Shown: positions 28,122 to 41,813 of the stretch, piece by piece
Layout of the letters: the number at the start of each line of letters is the position of its first letter
Position numbering within the stretch: position 1 is the first letter of the stretch
Source: an uncultured delta proteobacterium
GTDB lineage: Bacteria; Myxococcota_A; UBA9160; SMWR01
Reading direction: 5' to 3'
DNA length: 64,000 nt
Assembly: GCA_963832165.1 (NCBI GenBank)
Contig: CAWHTE010000007.1
Coordinates: forward strand, 448,001-512,000
Made by a program: the position numbers and the translations under genes
The notes under the pieces: generated by a model
Databases searched by the model: none
What the model was told of the DNA's origin: nothing
The model's input: only the letters and a program-made list of their open reading frames with translations

Positions 28122-30859
28122 TGCGCGGGCGCGATCTGGTACGGCGCGCCTACGCCGAGGGCGACTCCTCCTGGGTGCGCTCGTTCGACCCGGCGCCGAT
28201 CAAGTGCCTCGTGGTATGCCGCGGACCGGTCCGGCTCGAGGCGTTCGAGATCTTCGACGCGATCGGCGTCCGCGAGTACGGGATGCTGCTCTCGGAGAAG
28301 GACTCGGTGATCTACCCGCGCTGCCTCGCACCCGAGCTGCGCGGGTTCCGATTCCCCCAGAACGTGCACCGCGTGCCCGACTACATGGGCGTCGGCCAGG
28401 CCGAGAAGCAGCAGCGAATCCGCGAGATCGTCGAGATCGCGGCGTCACATGGCTACACCCACATCTTCGCGGGCTACGGCTTCATGGCCGAAGACGCCGA
28501 GTTCATCGAGGCGATCGAGCGCGCGGGCGTGGGCTTCATGGGGCCGTCGTCGCGCGTGGTGCGCAGCGCGGGCGCCAAGGACGAGGCGAAGAAGCTCGCG
28601 CGTTCGCTCGGCAACTCGGTGATCCCGGGCGTCGACACCGTGAGCGCGCGCGCGCTGCTACGCCGTGCAGCGGATCGCAGGGCGCTCGAAGCGCTCGCAG
28701 CCGAGCACGGGCTCACCTTCACGTGGGACCCCTCGGCCGAGCTCGAGGAGAACGCCGAAGCGCTGCTGCAGGCCGGCTACGCGAAGCTCGTCGAGCTCGT
28801 CGCGATCGAGGAGCTCCAGGCGCAGGCCGAGATCGAGTGCCGCGCGATCTGGCGCGAGTACGCGAGCCAGCGGATCCGCTTCAAGCACATCGGCGGCGGC
28901 GGCGGCAAGGGCCAGCGCGTGGTGTCGCGCGTGGAGCAGGTCAAGCCCGCGGTGATGGACGTGCTCGCGGAGTCGAAGGTGCTCCCGCCCGGCTCGAACC
29001 GGAACTTCCTGATCGAGCTGAATCTCGAGAGCACGCGGCACAACGAGATCCAGCTGATCGGCAACGGCCGCTGGTGCATCGCGCTGGGCGGCCGCGACTG
29101 CTCGGTGCAGATGCACGAGCAGAAGCTCGTCGAGGTGTCGCTCACGCACGAGCTGCTCGACGCCGAGATTGCGCTCACGACCGGCAAGACGCGCGAGATC
29201 CTCGAGGGCGACCGCGGCACGCTCGAGCGCATGGAGAACGAGGGCTCGCGCTTCGGCCAGGCGGTCCGGCTCGACAGCGTCTCCACGTTCGAGTGCATCG
29301 TCGAGGGCTTCGATCACTTCTTCATGGAGATGAACACGCGAATCCAGGTCGAGCACGGCGTCACCGAGCTCGTCTACCGCCTCAAGTTCACCAACCCCGA
29401 CGATCCGAACGATTGCTTCTACGTCGACGAGCTGATCGAGGCAATGGCGCTGCTCGCGCTGCACGGCGCGCGGCTGCCCGAGCCCGAGCGCGTGCCGCGC
29501 GCGGTGTCGGGCGTCGAGGTGCGGATCAACGCCACGAACCAGGCGCTCCAGCCGCACGCGGGCGGGCTCGTGCGCGGCTGGTCGAAGGCGATCCCGGGCG
29601 AGATCCGCTTCGATCAGGGGATCGGCGCGCGCAACCCGGACACGGGCTCGTTCATCTACTACTCGCTCGCGGGCGCCTACGACTCGAACATCGCGCTCTT
29701 GCTCACCGACGGCGACGGGCGCCGCCACAACTACGAGCGCATGGCCGAGGTGCTGCGCTGCATGGAGCTGCGCGGCGACGATCTCCAGACCAACGCGCCC
29801 GTGCACTACGGGCTGATCAACTGGTTCCTCGGCAAGGGCCCGCTGGCCGAGCCCGACACGCGCTTCATGGCGTCCTACCTGGCTGCGGTCGGCGCGCTCG
29901 CCCAGCTCGCGCGCGACGTCGATCTCGAGCTCGCGATGGGCGAGATGGCGCGCGCGATGCCCGACGCCGAGGCGAGCGCGGTGTTCGCGAATAAACAGAC
30001 GCTGCTCCTACGCCCGATCCAGCGGCTGCTCGCGAACGCGCATGTGCTCGGCGGGTTCCTGGGCCGCTTCGACGGCGTCCTCTGGACCACGCGCGATGCC
30101 GAGCCCGTATTCACGGACAACCCGATCCGCTTCCTGCGCGAGCTCTACCACTACCTGCAGATGGAGGAGAACCCCGAGACACCTCCGGCGGAGAAGATCT
30201 GGGAGGACGACGCGCTGATCCTCGGCGCGGCGGAGGCGTTCTACGCCGAGGTGACGCGGCGCTCGGGCGCGCGCGGAGCCGATTTCGAGAAGCTGTTCTC
30301 GGGCAAGCGCGACGACCGCCTGACCCAGGACGACGCGCTCTGGCAGGCGTGTGTCGCGGCGCACCGCGGGCACCAGCTAGGGCTCGAGCTCCTGCTCGTG
30401 ATCCCGCGCCTGGGCATCCGCTCGGGCTTCTCCGAGGTCACCGTCGACGAGACGCTCAAGGTGGTATTCCCGGCGCGCTTCCTCGACGCGGACAAGGCGT
30501 CGGAGTTCGCCAAGGCGCTCGCGCCGCCGCCGCCCGCGAGCGCGGACGAGATCGTCACGCCGATGGGCGGCGCCTACTACGCGCGCGAGGCGCCCCATCT
30601 TCCCCAGATGGTGTCGGTTGGCCAGCACTTCGACGCGGGCCAGCCTCTCTTCATCATCGAGGTGATGAAGATGTTCAACAAGGTGCTCGCGCCGTTCGCG
30701 GGCACCGTCACCGAAGAGCTGATGGCGGGCAAGGACGGCACCGTCGTCGCGAAGGGTCAGAAGATCTTCTCGATCGAACCCGACGTGCGCATGGAGCCCG
30801 AATCCGAGTCCGCGCGCGCCGCGCGCGTCAGGGCTGCGACACTCGCGTTGCTCTCCTGA
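28121..30859 (+). CDS. Biotin carboxylase fused to a biotin carboxyl carrier domain (divergent, 912 aa)
   Basis: TAATG overlap at 28121; GYGFMAED, GGGGGKG, RDCSVQ, FMEMNTRIQVEH and YDS motifs; C-terminal biotin site EVMKM. Confidence 0.88.
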   Translation: MRGRDLVRRAYAEGDSSWVRSFDPAPIKCLVVCRGPVRLEAFEIFDAIGVREYGMLLSEKDSVIYPRCLAPELRGFRFPQNVHRVPDYMGVGQAEKQQRIREIVEIAASHGYTHIFAGYGFMAEDAEFIEAIERAGVGFMGPSSRVVRSAGAKDEAKKLARSLGNSVIPGVDTVSARALLRRAADRRALEALAAEHGLTFTWDPSAELEENAEALLQAGYAKLVELVAIEELQAQAEIECRAIWREYASQRIRFKHIGGGGGKGQRVVSRVEQVKPAVMDVLAESKVLPPGSNRNFLIELNLESTRHNEIQLIGNGRWCIALGGRDCSVQMHEQKLVEVSLTHELLDAEIALTTGKTREILEGDRGTLERMENEGSRFGQAVRLDSVSTFECIVEGFDHFFMEMNTRIQVEHGVTELVYRLKFTNPDDPNDCFYVDELIEAMALLALHGARLPEPERVPRAVSGVEVRINATNQALQPHAGGLVRGWSKAIPGEIRFDQGIGARNPDTGSFIYYSLAGAYDSNIALLLTDGDGRRHNYERMAEVLRCMELRGDDLQTNAPVHYGLINWFLGKGPLAEPDTRFMASYLAAVGALAQLARDVDLELAMGEMARAMPDAEASAVFANKQTLLLRPIQRLLANAHVLGGFLGRFDGVLWTTRDAEPVFTDNPIRFLRELYHYLQMEENPETPPAEKIWEDDALILGAAEAFYAEVTRRSGARGADFEKLFSGKRDDRLTQDDALWQACVAAHRGHQLGLELLLVIPRLGIRSGFSEVTVDETLKVVFPARFLDADKASEFAKALAPPPPASADEIVTPMGGAYYAREAPHLPQMVSVGQHFDAGQPLFIIEVMKMFNKVLAPFAGTVTEELMAGKDGTVVAKGQKIFSIEPDVRMEPESESARAARVRAATLALLS

Positions 30860-30902
30860 GAGATCCGCGGGGCGTGAACCGCGGGCAACCACGTGGCGCG
30901 CG

Positions 30903-31391
30903 CTATTCCAGCAGGCTCCGCAGCATCCACGCCGTCTTCTCGTGCAGCTGCATGCGCTGCGTGAGCAGGTCGCACGTGGGCTGGTCGCCCGCCTCCTCGG
31001 CGATCGGGAACCCGTCGCGGGCCGTGCGCGCACACGCCTCGTGCCCCTTCACGAGCAGCCGCACCATCTCCATCGCCTTCGGAACCCCGCGCTGCTCGGG
31101 AATCGAGGACAGCTTGGCGAACTGCTCGTAGGTGCCCGGCGCCGGAAATCCGAGCGCGCGGATCCGCTCCGCGACGAGGTCGACCGCGAGCGCGGCCTCG
31201 TTGTAGTGCTGCTCGAACATCAGGTGCAGCGTGTTGAACATCGGGCCCGTCACGTTCCAGTGGAAGTTGTGCGTCTTCAGGTAGAGCGTGTACTCGTCGG
31301 CGAGCAGACGAGACAAGCTCTGCGCGATCGCGTTGCGCTGCTGTGCCGGGATGCCCGTGTCGATCTTGGGGGCGGATTGCTTCGTGGCCAC
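30903..31391 (-). CDS. dps: Dps DNA-protection mini-ferritin
   Basis: [36 protein letters not shown] and HEKTAWML motifs. Confidence 0.96.
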   Translation of the reverse strand: MATKQSAPKIDTGIPAQQRNAIAQSLSRLLADEYTLYLKTHNFHWNVTGPMFNTLHLMFEQHYNEAALAVDLVAERIRALGFPAPGTYEQFAKLSSIPEQRGVPKAMEMVRLLVKGHEACARTARDGFPIAEEAGDQPTCDLLTQRMQLHEKTAWMLRSLLE

Positions 31392-31472
31392 GTGGGTCTC
31401 CGTCGTGCGGGGATTGGATCACGACTATAGGCGAAGCGCGCGGCGCGGACGGTCGGGTAGCATGCGCCCGAG

Positions 31473-32393
31473 ATGCACGACCCGATTCCCTTCTCCGGCA
31501 GTCCGCTCGACCGCGAGGGGCTGCGCCGCCGCGACCGCGCCTGGCTCGACGAGCGCCTCGCGGATCCCACGAGCCGGTTCCTGCCCGTGTGGCAGGGCAA
31601 GCCGCTGCTCAAGCGCGAGCCGCGAGGTCTGGCCTGGGCGAAGCGCGAGTTCTTCGAAGACATCGAGGCGCCCGAGTCGGTGTTCCTGGGCAGCGGCGAC
31701 GGCGTCGCGCACTTCGCGATCGACGTGTCGGCGGTCGAGAAGCCCGAGGTCGCGTTCGGGATCGCCGACGTCGCGTCGTTCGACGACCTGCGCGCCGCGG
31801 TGGCGCTGCTGCCCGCCGGAGACGCGGCGATCGCGGCACACGCGCGCACGCTGATCGACTGGCACGTGCGCCACGGGCACTGCGCCGCGTGCGGCGGTCA
31901 CACGCGCAGCGTTCTCGGCGGTGCGAACCGGGTCTGCTTCGACTGCCAGGCCGAACACTTCCCGCGCACCGACCCCGTCGCGATCGCCGTGGTGGTGCGC
32001 GGCGATCGCTGTCTGCTCGGCCGCGGTCCCGGCTGGCCCGCGACGATGTTCTCGGCACTCGCGGGCTTCGTCGAAGCCGGCGAGAGCCTCGAAGACGCGG
32101 TGCGCCGCGAGGTGTTCGAGGAGGCGGGCGTTCGCGTCGGGCGCGTCACCTATCTCGCGTCGCAGCCGTGGCCGTTCCCGTCTTCGCTGATGCTCGGCTG
32201 CGTGGCGCAAGCGGAGAGCGAGGCGATCACGATCGATCCCGCGGAGCTCGAGGAGGCGCGCTGGTTCTCGCGCGAGGCGTTGCGCGCCGCCCTCGCGGGG
32301 CGCAAGACCGACCTCGCAGCGCCGCCGCCGTTCGCGATCGCGCACCATCTGATCCGCGCGTGGTGCGAGACGGACGTCGGAGGAGCGACCTAG
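31473..32393 (+). CDS. nudC: NAD(H) diphosphatase
   Basis: CAAC/CFDC zinc ribbon, Nudix box GFVEAGESLEDAVRREVFEEAG and SQPWPFPSS. Confidence 0.94.
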   Translation: MHDPIPFSGSPLDREGLRRRDRAWLDERLADPTSRFLPVWQGKPLLKREPRGLAWAKREFFEDIEAPESVFLGSGDGVAHFAIDVSAVEKPEVAFGIADVASFDDLRAAVALLPAGDAAIAAHARTLIDWHVRHGHCAACGGHTRSVLGGANRVCFDCQAEHFPRTDPVAIAVVVRGDRCLLGRGPGWPATMFSALAGFVEAGESLEDAVRREVFEEAGVRVGRVTYLASQPWPFPSSLMLGCVAQAESEAITIDPAELEEARWFSREALRAALAGRKTDLAAPPPFAIAHHLIRAWCETDVGGAT

Positions 32394-32397
32394 CGCG

Positions 32398-33078
32398 ATG
32401 GCCGATCCCGCGCGCCCGCACCTGAATCAGCCCGGCGGACGCTTCGCCGCATCGATCCACCCGAACGTTGCGGGCCGCGAGCGCGAGCTGCGCGCGATGG
32501 CCGACGCCGTGCGGCGCCTGGTGCGGATCACCGTCAACAACACGGGCGACGCCGCGTGGACCGCCGACGCCGCGCAGCGCATCGCCGCGATCGCGGACGC
32601 GCTGGAACCCGCCGTGCCCACCGTGCCGCCCTCTCGCTACGGCGGGCTCCGGCAGCCCGAGGGTCCGCACGACTTCTTTCCCTACGACGTGATGCTCGGG
32701 ATCTACAACCCGATCGCGCTGCCGATCGAGATGGAGTGGCAGCCGCCGCTCGCCATCGGCCACGCCATCTTCGACACGCCCTACGAAGGCCCGCCCGGCT
32801 GTGTGCACGGCGCGGTGCTCGCGGCCGCGTTCGACCAGGTGATCAACATCGCCAACATCCACTCGGGCTCGGCGGGTCCGACGCGCACGCTCTCGCTCGA
32901 GTACAAGAAGGTCACGCCGCTCGGTGTACCGCTCGTGTTCGAAGGCTGGGTGGAGCGCGTCGACGGGCGCAAGATCACGAGTCGCGCGCGCGTGCTCCAC
33001 GCGGGCGAGGTCACGGTCGAGGCGCACGGACTGTTCATCTGGGTCGACCACGCTCGCGTGATGAAGCTGTCCGAGTAG
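32398..33078 (+). CDS. PaaI/hotdog-fold thioesterase
   Basis: NPIALP and YEGPPGCVHGAVLAAAFD motifs. Confidence 0.85.
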   Translation: MADPARPHLNQPGGRFAASIHPNVAGRERELRAMADAVRRLVRITVNNTGDAAWTADAAQRIAAIADALEPAVPTVPPSRYGGLRQPEGPHDFFPYDVMLGIYNPIALPIEMEWQPPLAIGHAIFDTPYEGPPGCVHGAVLAAAFDQVINIANIHSGSAGPTRTLSLEYKKVTPLGVPLVFEGWVERVDGRKITSRARVLHAGEVTVEAHGLFIWVDHARVMKLSE

Positions 33079-33080
33079 AC

Positions 33081-33851
33081 CTACTCCACCCTGCGCGCCG
33101 GAAGCGACGTGCCGGCGGCCGCCGAGGGCTCACGGCGCGGGCCGAACAAGTACGCGACGCCGACCCCGATCAGGTACAGGAAGACCATCGGGATGCCCAG
33201 CATCAGCTGGCTCACCCAGTCGGGCGACGGCGTGATGATCGCGGCCACGATGAAGATCGCGAGCACCGCATAGCGCGTTCCGCGCCAGAGATTCGGCGCG
33301 TCGACGATCCCCGCGAGCGAGAGGAAGAACACGAACACGGGCAGCTCGAAAGCGATGCCGAACGCCAGGAACATTCGCGTGGTGAGCTTGAGCACCTCGT
33401 GCATCGACCACGCCGATTGCACGATCTCGGAGTCGTAGCTCGTGAAGAACAGGAACATCACGGGCAGGATCTGCGAGTAGCCGAACACCGCGCCGCCCGC
33501 GAACAGCGCCGTCGACACGATCACGAACGGCAGCGCGGTGTTCTTCTCGCTCGCGTAGAGACCCGGCGCCACGAACGCCCACACCTGCCAGAACACCACG
33601 GGCAGCGAGAACACGAAGCCCGCGAGCAGCGCGCACTTCACGTACGAGAAGAAGATCTCGGACGGTGCGATCGCCTGGAGCGATTGTCCTTCGCCCAGCG
33701 CGTGCACGGCGGGCGCGAGCAGCAGCGCGAAGATCTCGTCGCTCCAGCGCCATGCGGCCACCGAGCCGATCAGCCAGGCGAGCAGGATCCGGATGATCCG
33801 CGTGCGCAGCTCGGCGAGGTGGTCGGTGAGCGGGAGCCGCGTCTCATCCAT
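33081..33851 (-). CDS. tatC: Twin-arginine translocase subunit TatC
   Basis: HLAELRTR, FVAPGLYASE, FELP and AAIITPSPD motifs. Confidence 0.96.
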   Translation of the reverse strand: MDETRLPLTDHLAELRTRIIRILLAWLIGSVAAWRWSDEIFALLLAPAVHALGEGQSLQAIAPSEIFFSYVKCALLAGFVFSLPVVFWQVWAFVAPGLYASEKNTALPFVIVSTALFAGGAVFGYSQILPVMFLFFTSYDSEIVQSAWSMHEVLKLTTRMFLAFGIAFELPVFVFFLSLAGIVDAPNLWRGTRYAVLAIFIVAAIITPSPDWVSQLMLGIPMVFLYLIGVGVAYLFGPRREPSAAAGTSLPARRVE

Positions 33852-34131
33852 CGCGGGGCGGATCGGTGGGAGCGGCCGGCGCGCTCGGCGCCGCCGCGGG
33901 AGCTGCTGGGGGCGTGGCGGGCGGTGTCGTGCGCGGCGTGAGCAGCGGAGACGCGAGGTCGGCGTCTTCGGTCACACTCATGAACTCGCGGCGCATGTCG
34001 TTCGAAGCGCGCCGGAACTCGGCCAGGCTGCGCCCGAGCGAACGCGCGAGCTCGGGCAGGCGCTTGGGGCCGAGCACGACGAGCCCGATCACGAAGATCA
34101 CCATGAGCTCGGTCATTCCGATGCCGAACAT
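33844..34131 (-). CDS. tatB: Twin-arginine translocase subunit TatB (TatA/B family)
   Basis: MFGIGMTEL...VLGPKRLPELARSLGR; Pro-rich tail; upstream of tatC. Confidence 0.9.
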   Translation of the reverse strand: MFGIGMTELMVIFVIGLVVLGPKRLPELARSLGRSLAEFRRASNDMRREFMSVTEDADLASPLLTPRTTPPATPPAAPAAAPSAPAAPTDPPRDG

Positions 34132-34184
34132 GCCGAGAGCGTAGCCGAGGGAGCGACCCTATCACGGGCTAGGCTTCGCCGGCG

Positions 34185-35804
34185 ATGGGGGAACGCGCCG
34201 CGCGGATCGCGTTGCTGGTGCCGGCCGGGGTGCTCTGCGCGCTCCTGGTCGACGCCTGGCCGGTCACGGTCGACGACGCGTACATCAGCTTCCGGCACGC
34301 GCGAAACTGGGTCGAGCACGGATCGCCGTCGTTCGACGCGCGCGAGCCGATCGAGGCGTACTCCAACTTCGCGTCGGTGGCACTCGCGGCCGCGGTGCTG
34401 CGGCTCGGCGGCGATCCGGCGACCGCGGCGAAGGGGCTCGGCGCGCTGTGCGCGCTGAGCTCGCTCGCGCTCGCGTACACGATCGCGCGACGCGCGGGCG
34501 CGGGGCCGGGCCATGCGCTGCTCGGCGCGGGGATCCTGTCGGTCTCGACCGGCCTCGGCTTCTGGGCGGTCTCGGGCCTCGAGACCGCGCTGTTCGGGCT
34601 GCTGCTCTCGTGGGGCGTGTGGCTGCTCATGGCCGAGCGCGCATCACCCGGGTGGTGCTGCGCGGTGCTCCTGCTCGCGGCGCTCGGACGCGTGGAGGGA
34701 CCCGTCCTCGTGGGCGCAGCGGTTGCGGCGCGCGTGATCGTGAGACAGCGCGAGGGAATCGCGATCCGCGCGCTCGCGCGCGAGCACGCATGGGTGGCGC
34801 TTCTCGCAGCGGGCTATGCGACCTACTTCGCATGGCGCTGGCATCACTACGGTCACCTGTTTCCGAGCCCGATCTACTTCAAGCGCATCGGAGCGGCGGG
34901 TGACGTCTTCGCGTCGCACACCGCGGTGTTCCTCGCGGGCTCGTTTCCGCTCGTGCTGGTGGCGTCGGCCGCGCCGTGGCTCGCGGAGCGCCGCAGCGCG
35001 ATCGCGCTGGCCCCGGTGGTCGCGGCGCTCGCCGCATTCGCGAGCGCGCGCGAGCTCGTGCTCGAGGACGTGAGCACGATGGCCTGGTTCGACCGCTATT
35101 TCGTGCCGGTGCTGCCCTGTCTCGCCGCGTGCGCCGCCGCGGCGCTCGCGGGCGCGTCGCGCGCGGCTGCCGCATATCGGCCTCGGCGCACGGCCGTGGC
35201 GTTCGCGGGCGGCTTCCTGCTCTTGTGGCAGCTCGTAAACCCCACGGCCAACCCGCTGCGCCTGCTCGCGCGCTCGCGCGCGTATCCCGCGGCGGTGGCC
35301 GCGCGCAACGTCCCGTCCGCCGACTATCTCGAGCGGCGCTTCGGGGCCGCGGGGAGTGTGGTCGCGGGCGACATCGGCCTGCTCGGCTATCGCTTCTCGG
35401 GATCGGTCTGGGATCTCTATGGGCTCGCGAGCTACGACCGCACGCTGCGCCACCGCGGCGAGCTCGATCCGTACCTGCGCGATCTGCTCGCGCGCGACCC
35501 GGACGCGATCCTCTTGTGCTTCTCTGCCGAGCGCGATCCGCCCGAGCCGTGTCAGTACGCCGAGCGCGAGCTCGCGGCGCAGCCGGAGTTCCGGGCGCGC
35601 TATGCGCCGACGGCCGAGTTCGGGCGCACCGAGGTTCCGGCGGCCTATCACGTGATCTTCGAGCGATCGCGCGCGCGCGATCAGGTGCGCTCGGGCTCCG
35701 GGGCGGCACCCTCGGCCGCTTCGGCGAGCACCGTGATGTCGACGTCGTTCGCGTTCGACTCGACGATCGCCGCGAATTCCTTGGCGAGGTGCGGGTCGAA
35801 CTGA
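34185..35804 (+). CDS. Polytopic membrane glycosyltransferase (GT-C-like)
   Basis: VDDAYISFRHARNW, EAYSN, SGLET, RVEG and DLYGL motifs with many TM segments. 3' end overlaps the convergent gene by 124 bp. Confidence 0.7.
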   Translation: MGERAARIALLVPAGVLCALLVDAWPVTVDDAYISFRHARNWVEHGSPSFDAREPIEAYSNFASVALAAAVLRLGGDPATAAKGLGALCALSSLALAYTIARRAGAGPGHALLGAGILSVSTGLGFWAVSGLETALFGLLLSWGVWLLMAERASPGWCCAVLLLAALGRVEGPVLVGAAVAARVIVRQREGIAIRALAREHAWVALLAAGYATYFAWRWHHYGHLFPSPIYFKRIGAAGDVFASHTAVFLAGSFPLVLVASAAPWLAERRSAIALAPVVAALAAFASARELVLEDVSTMAWFDRYFVPVLPCLAACAAAALAGASRAAAAYRPRRTAVAFAGGFLLLWQLVNPTANPLRLLARSRAYPAAVAARNVPSADYLERRFGAAGSVVAGDIGLLGYRFSGSVWDLYGLASYDRTLRHRGELDPYLRDLLARDPDAILLCFSAERDPPEPCQYAERELAAQPEFRARYAPTAEFGRTEVPAAYHVIFERSRARDQVRSGSGAAPSAASASTVMSTSFAFDSTIAANSLARCGSN

Positions 35805-36859
35805 ACGCCCGCGAAGCGCCGCAGCTCGCCCAGCACCACCTCGCGGCGCAGCGCGCGGCGGTAGGGCCGGTCGCAGCTCATCGCGTCGAACGCGTCCGCG
35901 ACCGAGACGATCCGCGCGGTCAGCGGGATGTCCTGGCCCGACAGGCCGTCGGGGTAGCCCGTACCATCCCACCACTCGTGGTGGTGCTGGATCGCGAGCG
36001 TGAGATCGGATTGCAGGAGCAGTGGCCGCACCAGGCGCGCGCCGATCAGCGGGTGCTGCTCGACGATCTTGCGCTCGTTCGGATCGAGCGCCCCCTCGCG
36101 CAGCAACAGCTCGCTCGGGATGCCGACCTTGCCGATGTCGTGCAGGAAGGCGGCGATGCGCGCCTGTTCCTGCTCGCGGCCGTAGAGCCCCATGCGCTCG
36201 GCGAGCACGCCCGCATAGAACGACACGCGCCGTGCGTGGCCGCGCATGTAGCGGCCCTTGGTCTCGATCGTCTCCGCGAGCACCTCGAGGAAGTCCACCG
36301 TGCGCAGCTCCTCGACGTGGGACTCGAGCGCGGCACCCTCGTCGCCGCGCTCGGCGAGCAGCTGCGACAGCCGGCCGCGCAGCTTCTGGCTGTGCTCCAC
36401 CTCCCGCAGGATCGCCGCGGCGTCCTGGTCGCGCCCAACCACGCTGCCGAGCTCCTCGAGGAACGAGCGCAGGCCACTGCGCGCGCGGCCGCGCGCGATC
36501 GCACGCGAGACCGCCGCGCCCACCTTCACCACGTCGAACGGCTTCTCGAGGTAATCGCAGATGCCGATCCTCACCGACTCGGCCGCGCTCTCGACCGTGG
36601 CGCAGCCCGTGATCACGATGATCTCGGTATTCGGGAACTCCTCGTGCACGCGGCGCAAGAGGTCCTGACCGCTCATGCCCGGCATGTTGAGATCGACCGT
36701 CACGATCTCGACGGGCTCGCGGCGCAGGATCGCGAGGGCATCGATCGCGTTGCCCGCGGTCAGCACGCGGAACGACGACGACAAGATCATGCGCAGCGAG
36801 TCGCGCGGGCCGCGCTCGTCGTCGACCACGAGGATCGTTTCCCGGGTCCGTTCGACCAT
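35681..36859 (-). CDS. Response regulator with HD-GYP c-di-GMP phosphodiesterase domain
   Basis: REC (ILVVDDE, DLNMPG, KPF) plus GHARRV, LHDIGK, HHEWWDGTGYP, ADAFDAM and RPYR motifs. Confidence 0.92.
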   Translation of the reverse strand: MVERTRETILVVDDERGPRDSLRMILSSSFRVLTAGNAIDALAILRREPVEIVTVDLNMPGMSGQDLLRRVHEEFPNTEIIVITGCATVESAAESVRIGICDYLEKPFDVVKVGAAVSRAIARGRARSGLRSFLEELGSVVGRDQDAAAILREVEHSQKLRGRLSQLLAERGDEGAALESHVEELRTVDFLEVLAETIETKGRYMRGHARRVSFYAGVLAERMGLYGREQEQARIAAFLHDIGKVGIPSELLLREGALDPNERKIVEQHPLIGARLVRPLLLQSDLTLAIQHHHEWWDGTGYPDGLSGQDIPLTARIVSVADAFDAMSCDRPYRRALRREVVLGELRRFAGVQFDPHLAKEFAAIVESNANDVDITVLAEAAEGAAPEPERT

Positions 36860-37020
36860 GTCGGGTCTCCGCGGGGGATGGCGCAGAGAACGGAACCGCA
36901 AGTTGCGTGCCCGATGTGCGATTCGAGTGCAAACTCCGCGTCAACTATCCGACCGATCTCGCGAATTCGGACAGCGCCGCGAAAGGTGGCGGCGTCGGTT
37001 CCGCGGTGTCGCCGTGTCCG

Positions 37021-37042
37021 ATCTCTGACACATCTCTGACAC
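37021..37042. repeat. Perfect 11-bp tandem direct repeat upstream of the HD-GYP gene
   Basis: ATCTCTGACAC twice. Confidence 0.7.
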
Positions 37043-37072
37043 ACCGTCAGCCGATCGGCGCGCTCCGCGCGA

Positions 37073-41106
<4,034 letters not shown>

Positions 41107-41110
<4 letters not shown>

Positions 41111-41697
41111 GTGTCTTGCGTCTTGGTGCGCGCGAGCTCGCGCCGCAGCCAGGCCGACGCCACGCGCCAGTCGCGCTCCGCCGTGCGCAGCGACGTGCCC
41201 AGATGCGTCGCGCACTCCGTCATCGTCATGCCCGCGAACACGCGCAGCTCCACGAGCTTCGCATGCCGCGGCTCGATCTCGGCGAGGCGCTGCAGGCACG
41301 CGTTCAGGTCCAGGACCTCGCCGAGGTCGATCTCCCCTCCGAGCAGCGCGGCCGCGGTGTCGTCGAGGGTGAGGCTCTGCTTGCCGCTTCCGCGCTTGAC
41401 CGCGCGACGCTTCTCGGCGTGCTGCAGGAGCAGGCGCCGCATCGCGATCGCCGCGATCGCGAAGAAGTGACTGCGCCCCTCCCACTCGACGTTGCGCTGA
41501 TCCACGAGCCGCTCGAAAGCCTCGTGGACGAGCGCCGTGGGCTGGAGGGTGTGGTCGGGCCGCTCCCGGCGCAGGTAGCTCCGCGCTAGGCGACGCAGCT
41601 CGTCGTAGACGAGCGGGACCAGCTCGTCCAGCTCGGCCCGACCCACGGGACCCTGAAGAGTCTCGTTGATTCGGGCTCTTGCGTCGGCGGCGTTCAT
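41107..41697 (-). CDS. ECF sigma factor, kinase-associated TIGR02999-like type
   Basis: LVPLVYDELRRLA, HTLQPTALVHEA, HFFAIAAIAMRRLL and SLRTAERDW motifs; GGAGG RBS before ATG 41697. Confidence 0.9.
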
Positions 41698-41813
41698 CGC
41701 CCCTCCGGGAAGCCCATCTTGGCACAGCGGCGGCCCGCGCCATAGCGCCGTTCGGGCGACTCGTGGCGGGGTTCTGCGGGCATCCCGACGTAGGGGATCA
41801 CCCAGGAGTACCA

